The notes under the pieces: generated by a model
What the model saw: only the letters and a program-made list of their open reading frames with translations
Told to the model about the DNA's origin: nothing
The model's database searches: none
Shown: piece by piece, positions 48,514-57,029 of the stretch
How the letters are laid out: each line of letters starts with the position of its first letter
How positions within the stretch are numbered: position 1 is the stretch's first letter
Virus record (IMG/VR): IMGVR_UViG_3300037484_000104
Span: 1 to 64,000 of that record
Length of the DNA stretch: 64,000 nucleotides
Origin: a virus
Reading direction: 5' to 3' (one strand)
Translations under genes and position numbers: made by a program

Positions 48514-49915
48514 AATATTTTCGTATTATTCGTTTGTAACTATCTCTTTGAAAATCTCCTGATATAGGGATAATTTCATCAATATATTCAGAACTGCTAG
48601 TTTTTGAATTGATGATAATCCTATATTGTTCAAGTGTTAAAACAAATCTGTCATAAGATAGTCCTAGATAATCTAAGACATCTTGATTAAGATGTACCAG
48701 AAGAATTAATTTGTCGTTTGATGATACTAGTAAGCATGATTGTATAGTATTAATATGATTAAATGTGTTTTCAGCATCACTTGTCATAATATATCCAAAC
48801 TTACCATGTATAGTATCTTCTTTTCTACCATCAAAGAATATGTGTTGATTGAAGTCATTAGAAAGATCAATCTGTAAATTATCTTCTTGAAATAGACTAG
48901 ATGAAGGTAATTCATCACTTAATAGTCTGCCAACAGATCCTTTTACATACTTTTCAGGTCTCTCATAAGATGTTATACCACATTCTTCAACTCTGCCAAA
49001 AGTTGTAGTGTAAGGTATTTTTAACCTATTTAATGTCCTCTCTATCTTTTGAGGTAGTGTAGAGTTTAGAATTATTAACTGTTGTAATTTGGGAAATAAC
49101 TTCTTTATTTTTGATTTAAGATAGTATTTTCTAATAAACCACAGTTTTAAATCCTTTAGAATGTTGTTTTTGAAATCCTCAACATTCTCAATGTATGTCT
49201 TATAGAGAAGTACGAAATCAAAAGCTGTAATTACTACAACTTCTGGCTCATACTCCTCTAACTCATTTCTTAAGCCATAAGTATCTTCATTATTGGGTAT
49301 TACTATTGTTATACCACATGTAAGTGGTAGTAATAGTCCAATTAGATAATTATAGGCAAATCCCATTTGTGCTAAGTAAATAGTGCTAGTATCGAATATT
49401 TTGTTTCTTCCAAGTAATACCATAGTATCAAGAATTTTATCATGATCTATATATATTGGATTTAATGCTCTTGGTGAAATTACTAATATTGATGTATTTG
49501 TTTCAGATAAATCTCCATCTTCTAATGAAAATTGTATAAATGTGTCTATCCAAAGTATGTTACATAGAATGCTAGAATTATTATATACAGTAGCATTATC
49601 CGTAATTACTAATTGAATATGAGATCTGGGTATTATTACAAGTAGGTCTTCAATATCTGATTTTATATCAAATAGTGCTAACCTATGCCTACTAAATAGT
49701 ATTGCAAAGAATGTAATTATCCACTCAACACTGTTATTAGCAACTAATAAAATCCTAATAGGAGATTCATATGCTTTGTTTAGTATTTCAGCAAGTGCTT
49801 TAGACTTTCCAAATATCTCCCTATAAGTATAACTTTTATCTCTCTGTATCACAAAGATATTTTCTAAATAGAGTTCAAAGAACGCTATAATTTTTTTAAT
49901 CAAGTTGCTTTTCAT
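48488..49915 (-). CDS. AMP-binding (ANL / long-chain acyl-CoA ligase-like) protein with degenerate catalytic motifs
   Basis: YTYRE, NSVEWIITFFA, FGRVECG (YGxTE-like), GSVGR and GRKEDTI; the TSGTTG P-loop and TGD are absent. Confidence 0.75.
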   Translation of the reverse strand: MKSNLIKKIIAFFELYLENIFVIQRDKSYTYREIFGKSKALAEILNKAYESPIRILLVANNSVEWIITFFAILFSRHRLALFDIKSDIEDLLVIIPRSHIQLVITDNATVYNNSSILCNILWIDTFIQFSLEDGDLSETNTSILVISPRALNPIYIDHDKILDTMVLLGRNKIFDTSTIYLAQMGFAYNYLIGLLLPLTCGITIVIPNNEDTYGLRNELEEYEPEVVVITAFDFVLLYKTYIENVEDFKNNILKDLKLWFIRKYYLKSKIKKLFPKLQQLIILNSTLPQKIERTLNRLKIPYTTTFGRVEECGITSYERPEKYVKGSVGRLLSDELPSSSLFQEDNLQIDLSNDFNQHIFFDGRKEDTIHGKFGYIMTSDAENTFNHINTIQSCLLVSSNDKLILLVHLNQDVLDYLGLSYDRFVLTLEQYRIIINSKTSSSEYIDEIIPISGDFQRDSYKRIIRKYYENLSFPI

Positions 49916-50243
49916 ACTGTATAATTGTTATTTTTTGATTACTAACAATAGGAGAGATTACTTCCTCTACTTTGAATGTTTGACCACTATTATGGATTGT
50001 TATGAGATACTCGTCACTATGAGTTGGTTCGGTTATTTGATTTTCGACTACCAAGGTCATTGTGTTTTGTTCATTAGTTATAATAAATCTACTATTTCTA
50101 GTAGAATTTATCTTACCCATAATCTTGTTAAAACATTTGGTAATGTTTGTAATAGCCATAATAGATGGATCTTTACCTACACTATGACGGGCTATCTCTA
50201 TTTTTCTCATTGAGTTTAATAACTCATTACTATCTTTTGTCAT
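49896..50243 (-). CDS. Hypothetical protein
   Basis: 115 aa, overlaps both neighbours. Confidence 0.55.
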   Translation of the reverse strand: MTKDSNELLNSMRKIEIARHSVGKDPSIMAITNITKCFNKIMGKINSTRNSRFIITNEQNTMTLVVENQITEPTHSDEYLITIHNSGQTFKVEEVISPIVSNQKITIIQYEKQLD

Positions 50244-50742
50244 GAAATATAGATTTATGTTTTAGGCTATCACTTAATAAGGACTTTTGATTTCCTAAGA
50301 TGTTAGCACATTTCTTTTTTGGTAATATTGTACCAGCGGTAATGTTATTAGTCTTATCTGTATAATCAGATAAAAATAAAATTAGTTCCGATGACCCAGT
50401 TGATGTATCAGTAGGATCTTTTAGTTCTTCCAGGATTAAATAACCCTGTTTCATTTCCATTGACGATAATGCCCATATGTTCGATTCTTCATTATAACCC
50501 AATATATTTCTTCCTGTTAATAGTGGAAGAATAAGTCCTTTGAGTTGAAGATTAATCTCCTTAATACGAGAATCTACTTCGTCGAGCATTTCTTGGAAAT
50601 ACTTACTTGTATGTAATATAACTCCTGTTTCAGCACTGTTTGATCTGGCTTTAATTAAAAGTTCTTTATATAGTCTTAGTTTAAAGATATTTTTAGAATA
50701 TCGGACTATACGTTCAATTACTGTTTCTTCTTGTTTTTTCAT
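50230..50742 (-). CDS. Hypothetical protein
   Basis: 170-aa ORF. Confidence 0.6.
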   Translation of the reverse strand: MKKQEETVIERIVRYSKNIFKLRLYKELLIKARSNSAETGVILHTSKYFQEMLDEVDSRIKEINLQLKGLILPLLTGRNILGYNEESNIWALSSMEMKQGYLILEELKDPTDTSTGSSELILFLSDYTDKTNNITAGTILPKKKCANILGNQKSLLSDSLKHKSIFHDKR

Positions 50743-50963
50743 GTTAATTGGTTTAATTCAGTTATAATACAACCTGTGAGGTTTGCAGACTTTTCATTGA
50801 AAATTTGTCTATTATTAATATCTGTCCAATTAGAATAATTAGTGATATTAGAATATTTAGTTTCATCATCATTTACTATTATTTTTGGAAAAATATTATC
50901 TTTTAAATTTTCTAATGATTGCCTATCATTGCTAGAAACACGTATTATTAATTCATATCCCAT
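50739..50963 (-). CDS. Hypothetical protein
   Basis: 74 aa, ATGA-coupled. Confidence 0.5.
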   Translation of the reverse strand: MGYELIIRVSSNDRQSLENLKDNIFPKIIVNDDETKYSNITNYSNWTDINNRQIFNEKSANLTGCIITELNQLT

Positions 50964-50970
50964 AATTTAA

Positions 50971-51366
50971 TTATTTAAGATGAGTTTTTCTAATCATTTC
51001 ACGAGCTAAGTCCATATCACCTTTGGTTTTAGTTAAATAACTTATTGCTTGTTTGATAGAGCATTTAGTAAAATCTCTTAACCTTTTTATTTCATTAGCT
51101 TCTGGAATGTAGGAAATAATTTCACTAACACTTCCATCTTCTAATACAAAGTAATCTCTTTTTTCAATAACTTTCGTGTTAGATTTAGTGTTCTGATCTA
51201 TAAAGTCTTCTTTATTACCAAAATAGATCTCATTTTTTTGTAAATCCAAAGATACGAAATGTATCTTATCTACTTCATCTCCTTTATAAGTAATAATTTT
51301 CATACCTTCTTCTTTAGCATATGAAACTATTTCTTTTATTAATTTTTCTAGTTTTAAATCCGTCAT
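50971..51366 (-). CDS. Protein with C-terminal EF-Ts N-terminal (UBA-like) domain
   Basis: EIKRLRDFTKCSIKQAISYLTKTKGDMDLAREMIRK resembles EF-Ts VKELRERTGAGMMDCKKAL.EANGDIELAIE.MRK. Confidence 0.7.
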   Translation of the reverse strand: MTDLKLEKLIKEIVSYAKEEGMKIITYKGDEVDKIHFVSLDLQKNEIYFGNKEDFIDQNTKSNTKVIEKRDYFVLEDGSVSEIISYIPEANEIKRLRDFTKCSIKQAISYLTKTKGDMDLAREMIRKTHLK

Positions 51367-51391
51367 ATAATTGGTTTTAGTTAGACATAGT

Positions 51392-51430
51392 AAAAAGAAG
51401 AGAGGTATGACATCACTGCCACCCTCTCTT
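51392..51430 (-). terminator. Intrinsic terminator
   Basis: AAGAGAGG/CCTCTCTT stem followed by CTTTTT. Confidence 0.65.
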
Positions 51431-51482
51431 GTGTCTAAAGGAGACTGATCCTTTAAACTATGAAAGATAAAAAAGGAGTAAT

Positions 51483-53657
51483 TTACTTAGTTTTAATTTC
51501 GGCAATTACTTTTAATTTATTAATGATATTAACCATATCATCTGGACGAGTACCTTTATAAGGTTTACTCTGTTTGATGAGCTTAGCAAGTTCTTCCTCG
51601 GATATACCTGCTTTTAAAGCTTCTACAGCTAATTCCTTAACTCTATTACTTTTTGTTTCCTTAGCAATTGCAGAGAAATTAGTTACTTTATCATTAGTAC
51701 GACTCTCTTCTATAATCTCTTGTGGAGTAGTTTCGGAAACTTCTTCGATTTTAATTGGTTCAGTTGAAAGTACTTCAGTAGATACCTCAGTATTTTCTAC
51801 TACTGGTTTAACTTCTTTAATGTTCTGTAACCGGGCTTTCTTTTCTTTTTCATGGAACGCTTTAAACCAAATGGTTTTAGAGCTATCGTCCATTTCTTTG
51901 TATAAATCAAATGTATTGAGATGTTGTAATGTAGCATTGTATGCGACAGCCCAAGCATCTTTGATCAAATCTTTCTTTTCAAATAGTATGCTTGAAATAA
52001 GAGATTCGAACTCTACATTAGTTTTACACTGAATGATGCTTTCGTAAACATCTGCATACTCTTTAGAAGTAGCTAAATCTATGGATTTAGTTAAAGGACG
52101 AAATAATGCGTTATCTACTTCGATTTCTGGATTTTCAGTAATAACTTCTTCTTTAACTGATTTGAAGTATTCTCCAGCTTGTTTACCTCCTAGTAATTTA
52201 CGTACACTAAGGGGTTTTAAGAATTTTCTAACTTCATTCATTGCATTAGTGGACTTAGTCTTTAAACTTTCAAGAATAATAGACTTAACCTTTTCTTTAA
52301 CAATATCTTCAGTAAGAGTTTCTTTACCTTCAATTGCTGCTTCATGAGCTGCTTCAACTAAAGCATCTTTATCTATAACTATTTCATCTGTAGCAGGCTC
52401 ATTAACGATATTTACAGGCTCACCACTGACTTCTGTAGTAGCTTTGGATATATTACCCCAATGAGTCATTAGATCTTTCCAGAGAGGTTTAAATACATTC
52501 TTTTGATCATCTGTGATATCAGTAACATCTTTAATAGATTTAATGAAATGAGGATAAGCATCTTTCTGTTTACCATCTTTTAACATCTGAATACATTCTG
52601 CAAAAAGTGAATCCTTTGTTAAACCTTCTACTGATGTAGTAGGAACTATCTCTTCTTCTATTGTTTCTACAGGTTTATTTGTAGATACAGTTAATCCTGT
52701 ACCACTAGCTGTTAAACCAGGAGTTCCTTCGTTATTGAAAGCTGTTTTATCCTGTTGAGTAATTGAATCAGGACTAACGATAGAAGTTATACCTTTACTT
52801 TCTAAATAGTTGGGATCTAACTTAGCTTTAAGTTGATCTATCCACATAGATAAAGATATCTCTTCCATATCATCTTTAGGTTCACAAATAGTACCTATTC
52901 TATTAGGTAATACTTTAAATAAGAACCTTTGTTCAACGGCAGTTTGATCAAGAAGTTTAGATTTAACTGCTAAATCAATAGATAAGTTTAAAGCATTTTC
53001 TGCCATATTGTTATCAATTAATATTTTAGCAATTTCATCAATTTTATCTAAATCACTTGGATTAGCCTGAAGTAATATTTGTACTGCTTGTGGAAGATCA
53101 ATTAGACTACCAAATACTGTTTGACGCTCATATCCTTTGAACCACTGATCTTTAGGAGTAACAGTTATAATAGGAGATTGAGCTTTTGTATCTTTTTCTG
53201 CAGCTTTAACAAATTTCTTAGTGGCATCTACGGTTTTACCTTTAGGATTTACACTAGTTGCTTCAGCTTTAGTTAAAGTAACTTCTTGTTTTGTTTGACG
53301 TTCTTCAATTGGTTGATCTTGTAGATCAGGATCAATTACGTTATTCTTAATGCTATTGACTATTTTTACATCATCTGGTGTAGGTATAATTAGTCCTTGA
53401 CGGATATTTAATACTTCTGCAGTTAATGCTATACGTTTTTCTAATATTGAATGTAATGTAGCTTTGTTTTGATTTAATTGTGCTATATTAGCTCCAGCTA
53501 CGGTTTTTTGAGATTCAAAGTATTTCATTAATTCAATAGTTTCACCTGGGGTGGCTACTAATACTAAATCACGAAGTAAATTACGATCGGTCTTTTGAAT
53601 TTCACCGATAAGATTCTTTGTTTCCTGATATTTTAATGCTAAATTTGTATTATTCAT
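51483..53657 (-). CDS. Large hypothetical protein (helical domains with T/E/P-rich linkers)
   Basis: 724-aa ORF; no recognised motif. Confidence 0.7.
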   Translation of the reverse strand: MNNTNLALKYQETKNLIGEIQKTDRNLLRDLVLVATPGETIELMKYFESQKTVAGANIAQLNQNKATLHSILEKRIALTAEVLNIRQGLIIPTPDDVKIVNSIKNNVIDPDLQDQPIEERQTKQEVTLTKAEATSVNPKGKTVDATKKFVKAAEKDTKAQSPIITVTPKDQWFKGYERQTVFGSLIDLPQAVQILLQANPSDLDKIDEIAKILIDNNMAENALNLSIDLAVKSKLLDQTAVEQRFLFKVLPNRIGTICEPKDDMEEISLSMWIDQLKAKLDPNYLESKGITSIVSPDSITQQDKTAFNNEGTPGLTASGTGLTVSTNKPVETIEEEIVPTTSVEGLTKDSLFAECIQMLKDGKQKDAYPHFIKSIKDVTDITDDQKNVFKPLWKDLMTHWGNISKATTEVSGEPVNIVNEPATDEIVIDKDALVEAAHEAAIEGKETLTEDIVKEKVKSIILESLKTKSTNAMNEVRKFLKPLSVRKLLGGKQAGEYFKSVKEEVITENPEIEVDNALFRPLTKSIDLATSKEYADVYESIIQCKTNVEFESLISSILFEKKDLIKDAWAVAYNATLQHLNTFDLYKEMDDSSKTIWFKAFHEKEKKARLQNIKEVKPVVENTEVSTEVLSTEPIKIEEVSETTPQEIIEESRTNDKVTNFSAIAKETKSNRVKELAVEALKAGISEEELAKLIKQSKPYKGTRPDDMVNIINKLKVIAEIKTK

Positions 53658-53727
53658 TTGATTAATTGTTTTTGATTATATTAATACTATTTACAATTAA
53701 TCACAAATTGTGAAAGGGGGAATTAGT

Positions 53728-53754
53728 AAAAAGCGGGGACACGACTCCCCTGCT
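53728..53754 (-). terminator. Intrinsic terminator after rplL
   Basis: AGCAGGGGA/TCCCCGCT stem followed by TTTT. Confidence 0.7.
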
Positions 53755-53771
53755 CACTTAATGAGTACTTT

Positions 53772-54128
53772 TTATGATATTGTTACACTAGCACCAAGCT
53801 CTTCAAGTTCTGTTTTTAAAGCTTTAGCTTCAACTTCCGAGATGTTTTCCCTTAATGTTACTGGAACAGTATCAATTACTGCCTTTGCCTGCATTAAAGT
53901 TATATCAGAATTACTGTTTTTCCAATACTTTATAACATCCATTTTTTTAGGACCTGAGTCATTTAGAATAACGTTAAATGTGGATTTTACATCTTCTTTA
54001 ACTTCTTCTACTGCAGCTACTGCTACTGTTGGAGCAACGTATCCTAATAATTTTAGTTCTTCAACTAATTTACGAGCATCTTCTAAAGATAATCCATCTA
54101 TTGCTTTTGCTATTTCTTTTGGTGTCAT
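53772..54128 (-). CDS. rplL: Ribosomal protein bL12 (L7/L12), full length
   Basis: NTD LSLEDARKLVEELK, Ala/Val hinge, and CTD FNVIL..GPKK.DVIK...AK..ID..P...E.IS..EA..LK.ELEE.GA.V. Confidence 0.9.
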   Translation of the reverse strand: MTPKEIAKAIDGLSLEDARKLVEELKLLGYVAPTVAVAAVEEVKEDVKSTFNVILNDSGPKKMDVIKYWKNSNSDITLMQAKAVIDTVPVTLRENISEVEAKALKTELEELGASVTIS

Positions 54129-54138
54129 TTTAATAATT

Positions 54139-54393
54139 TTATTTGGTTAGACTTGATAAAATGTTCGGTAAACCGGCTGTTAATGATCCAAAAAGAAGTG
54201 ATAATACTCTTTTCTTTTCATTTGAAATAATTGGTTTAAAATAACCCCACTCACATGACAAAAATATGTCAGGAAATGTTTCTTTGTATTCTTTTACAAT
54301 TGGATCAATCTTTGATAAATTATCCTCAATTGCAAGTACTGTTGGTCTGGTATCATCCAACAATTGTCCCACTAATTTGATTTTTTCTTTCAT
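54139..54393 (-). CDS. Hypothetical protein
   Basis: 84-aa ORF. Confidence 0.55.
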   Translation of the reverse strand: MKEKIKLVGQLLDDTRPTVLAIEDNLSKIDPIVKEYKETFPDIFLSCEWGYFKPIISNEKKRVLSLLFGSLTAGLPNILSSLTK

Positions 54394-54421
54394 ATATTAT
54401 TTTTAAATAGTTATTAATAAC

Positions 54422-54471
54422 TAGTGAGCTTGGAGGCCTCGAACCTCCAGTTTAGCCTGGTTACTAAGCTC
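54422..54471 (-). ncRNA. 50-nt anticodon-less tRNA mimic (acceptor + D-like loop + T arm), copy 1
   Basis: GAGCT TAGTAAC CAGGCT AAAC TGGAGG-TTCGAGG-CCTCCA AGCTC ACTA. Confidence 0.7.
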
Positions 54472-54479
54472 TAATAGGA

Positions 54480-55277
54480 CTACTTTGTAGTCACTAAGTT
54501 TGAGATAGGAGTATTCCCATATAAAGGGGTATGTCCATCCCATTTGTCAATAAATTGTTGTGTAAGAACCTCTTTTGTTAAACCACCGGATAGAATAAGA
54601 TTTTCCTGTGCTTTAAGTGCAGCAAGTTCATTACGTTTTCTTTGTTCAAGAATCTGTTGATCAATTACGGAAATATTAGTATTAACCTCATTTCGATTGT
54701 CGATTTTAGCGATAAAGTTAAAGCTAAAATCTAATTGACAAGAGAATGTCATTAATTCTAACCCTTTAATTTCAAATTCTTTTTTAACAATGATTTGTAT
54801 AGCATTTTCAAATTTTAATGATCCCCCATTAGCCATTAACTCATCAGTAGAGTATTTACGGGATTCCTCTTTCATCAAATCGTATATTTTAGTCTCTAGA
54901 ATATTGTCTTCTAATGACTTCATAAACTCAGTACCTGAGCCTAAATGTTTATTGTCAAATACTAAATCGACAGAACGATTTTCAATAGCTTTATAAGAAT
55001 ATAATGGCTTACTTGTAAATTCAGTATTATCTGATGCTTTTAAATGTAGTACACGATCTCCAAAATCAGCTCGTTGTTCCCATAAAGGAACTTGAAATAA
55101 TTCTGTACTCGGAGCAGCTACATTTACTCTACCCTTTTGAATAGAGAAATCAGACTTACCTTCTTTACCGTAATTTTCCATTAATACTCCCACATAGTTT
55201 GGAGCAACTCGTTCACACGATGTGAAATTGATGAATCCTAAGGTTAGGATCAAAAACATTAAACTTTTCCATTTCAT
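54480..55277 (-). CDS. SPFH / band 7 domain lipoprotein
   Basis: Lipobox FTSC, VAPNYVGVLMENYG, and QQFIDKWDG..PLYG. Confidence 0.88.
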   Translation of the reverse strand: MKWKSLMFLILTLGFINFTSCERVAPNYVGVLMENYGKEGKSDFSIQKGRVNVAAPSTELFQVPLWEQRADFGDRVLHLKASDNTEFTSKPLYSYKAIENRSVDLVFDNKHLGSGTEFMKSLEDNILETKIYDLMKEESRKYSTDELMANGGSLKFENAIQIIVKKEFEIKGLELMTFSCQLDFSFNFIAKIDNRNEVNTNISVIDQQILEQRKRNELAALKAQENLILSGGLTKEVLTQQFIDKWDGHTPLYGNTPISNLVTTK

Positions 55278-55435
55278 TTGTTAAATTTTTTAAATTGTTT
55301 GATAATATAAGACACAGTTAATCCTAATAGAATTAAATAACTTGCAATACCTAACCATGAATTGATATGATTAAATACCCAATTTGATATAAATAATCCT
55401 AATAGAATTAAAACAATAATGATATAGTATTTCAT
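55274..55435 (-). CDS. 53-aa membrane protein coupled to SPFH (not in the ORF track)
   Basis: MKYYIIIVLILLGLF..WVFNHINSWLGI..; ATGA overlap with SPFH. Confidence 0.65.
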   Translation of the reverse strand: MKYYIIIVLILLGLFISNWVFNHINSWLGIASYLILLGLTVSYIIKQFKKFNK

Positions 55436-55452
55436 AATCATTGTATTAAAGT

Positions 55453-55502
55453 TAGTGGAGTTGAGAGACTCGAACTCTCAAGTTGGCCTGAACCAGTACT
55501 CC
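55453..55502 (-). ncRNA. 50-nt anticodon-less tRNA mimic, copy 2
   Basis: GGAGT ACTGGTT CAGGCC AACT TGAGAG-TTCGAGT-CTCTCA ACTCC ACTA; covaries with copy 1. Confidence 0.7.
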
Positions 55503-55527
55503 AAACAATCTCATTCTTATTATAAAG

Positions 55528-55674
55528 TTATGATGATTGTTGTTTCTTTACAAATACCGGATGTTTAGCAGTACTTGTTGTTTGTGCTTTCTCTGGGAAT
55601 AGATTTTTGATTGTATCTAATTCCTGTAGTGATTTGAACGTTTTACCAAGTGGTTTACTAACTTTTGGATACAT
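55528..55674 (-). CDS. 48-aa microprotein (not in the ORF track)
   Basis: MYPKVSKPLGKTFKSLQEL...; fills the gap and overlaps the upstream ORF. Confidence 0.4.
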   Translation of the reverse strand: MYPKVSKPLGKTFKSLQELDTIKNLFPEKAQTTSTAKHPVFVKKQQSS

Positions 55675-55846
55675 TTCTTAATATTTTAGAGATTAAACCT
55701 GATCCGTCTATAAATAATAACGGACTTTTACGAAGTTCATCCTCAGTTTTATGAGGAAATGCATCTTTTACCAATTCTCTGTTAGAATTCCATTCTTGTA
55801 CAGATTTACTGGATTTCATTAATTCAATGGCGCTTTGATGAGTCAT
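55658..55846 (-). CDS. Small phage protein
   Basis: LMKSSKS.QEWN..R..VK motif. Confidence 0.6.
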   Translation of the reverse strand: MTHQSAIELMKSSKSVQEWNSNRELVKDAFPHKTEDELRKSPLLFIDGSGLISKILRNVSKS

Positions 55847-56123
55847 ATAATTTAGTTATGATTTCAGGATTAAATAAATAGATACTGTTAATTACTGAAT
55901 GTCTTGATGTAGGAAATCTACTAGAGGCTACAACTGTAGCAGGAAGTCTTCTAACTTGAAGTTTATAAGTTTGTAATCTAGATACTCTTTTTATTACATA
56001 ATTATACAATTCTGTTTTAGAAAAGTCAGTTAAGGTAATACCATTGATTTTACTTTTAGACCTATTCAAATCTTTGATTTCATCTTGAATTAGATCTAAT
56101 AACTTTTGTTTATAAGTTTTCAT
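55824..56123 (-). CDS. Hypothetical protein
   Basis: Likely ATG at 56123 (TAATG overlap). Confidence 0.5.
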   Translation of the reverse strand: MKTYKQKLLDLIQDEIKDLNRSKSKINGITLTDFSKTELYNYVIKRVSRLQTYKLQVRRLPATVVASSRFPTSRHSVINSIYLFNPEIITKLYDSSKRH

Positions 56124-56356
56124 TATAAATCTGATATATGTTCCCAATAGTCATGACCTTCTGGGGCTAGTTGCCAAGAAAATGCGTATATAATAAACCA
56201 TTCCCAGTTATCCGCACTATTAGCTTTTTCTCTTTGATAAATAGGATTAGTAACTTTCCATTTATTAGCTTTCCAATTCTTTACAAACTTAGTTTTGATT
56301 TTAAGTTTCTTGAGTTTAGCTTCAAACTCTGGTTTAAATACTATTGTTCTAGACAT
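56123..56356 (-). CDS. Small phage protein
   Basis: AFSW..APEGHDYW motif. Confidence 0.6.
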   Translation of the reverse strand: MSRTIVFKPEFEAKLKKLKIKTKFVKNWKANKWKVTNPIYQREKANSADNWEWFIIYAFSWQLAPEGHDYWEHISDL

Positions 56357-56726
56357 GATTAAATATTTTATGAGTTAAATAATGTACAAAGAACCATATT
56401 ATTCCTATAAATAAGAATATTTGTACAGATATATCAAAGAAATAGATATATACGATTATTCCTATCCAAGTAGAATTACAATATGGACATAGACCTAATG
56501 GTTTAGCTAAATATGCTAATATATATAATATAGGTTTATTCTTATTATATTTCTTACATATACTACTATACCTAACTGTTTTATTTAACCATTTACCATA
56601 GTTATTGAAGATCATACCAGGAGTCATATAATGTTGAAAACATAACTCTAGTAATGATACTATAAATCCTATTAAGAGATATAATACCATTACTAATGAT
56701 AGATTAATTAATACTGGTGTACTCAT
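56349..56726 (-). CDS. Membrane protein with CPYC..W motif (DUF1360-like)
   Basis: TM segments and LGLCPYCNSTW; likely start MSTPV. Confidence 0.6.
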   Translation of the reverse strand: MSTPVLINLSLVMVLYLLIGFIVSLLELCFQHYMTPGMIFNNYGKWLNKTVRYSSICKKYNKNKPILYILAYLAKPLGLCPYCNSTWIGIIVYIYFFDISVQIFLFIGIIWFFVHYLTHKIFNHV

Positions 56727-56964
56727 AAGTTGTCGCTTTGTTGAATCGACGAACAGCTTTGTATTTCTCAAGTACTGTTACTTCACGTAATTGTTCCGAA
56801 TATACCGGAGATGTACAACCATTGTTACATAATTGTATCTCGTAATTGTTATTTCCGCTGTCTTCAGCAATTTTACAAATTGTACCTTTATCAGCATATG
56901 AACAACCACATGATAAAATACCTACTGTTAAGATAGCTAACTGGCCTACTTTAAATTTACTCAT
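56704..56964 (-). CDS. Small SH3/KOW-like protein
   Basis: MSKFKVGQ..KGTICKI. Confidence 0.55.
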   Translation of the reverse strand: MSKFKVGQLAILTVGILSCGCSYADKGTICKIAEDSGNNNYEIQLCNNGCTSPVYSEQLREVTVLEKYKAVRRFNKATTYEYTSIN

Positions 56965-57029
56965 TTTTCTTTGATTAAATGGTTATTATTAAGAAAATAT
57001 ATATTGTTTTGATTAATACATTATTTAGT

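Noticed and set aside
55319-55411. 18-bp direct repeat TTAATTCTATTAGGATTA
   Set aside because: It encodes LILLGL twice in the small membrane ORF and is not a separate element.
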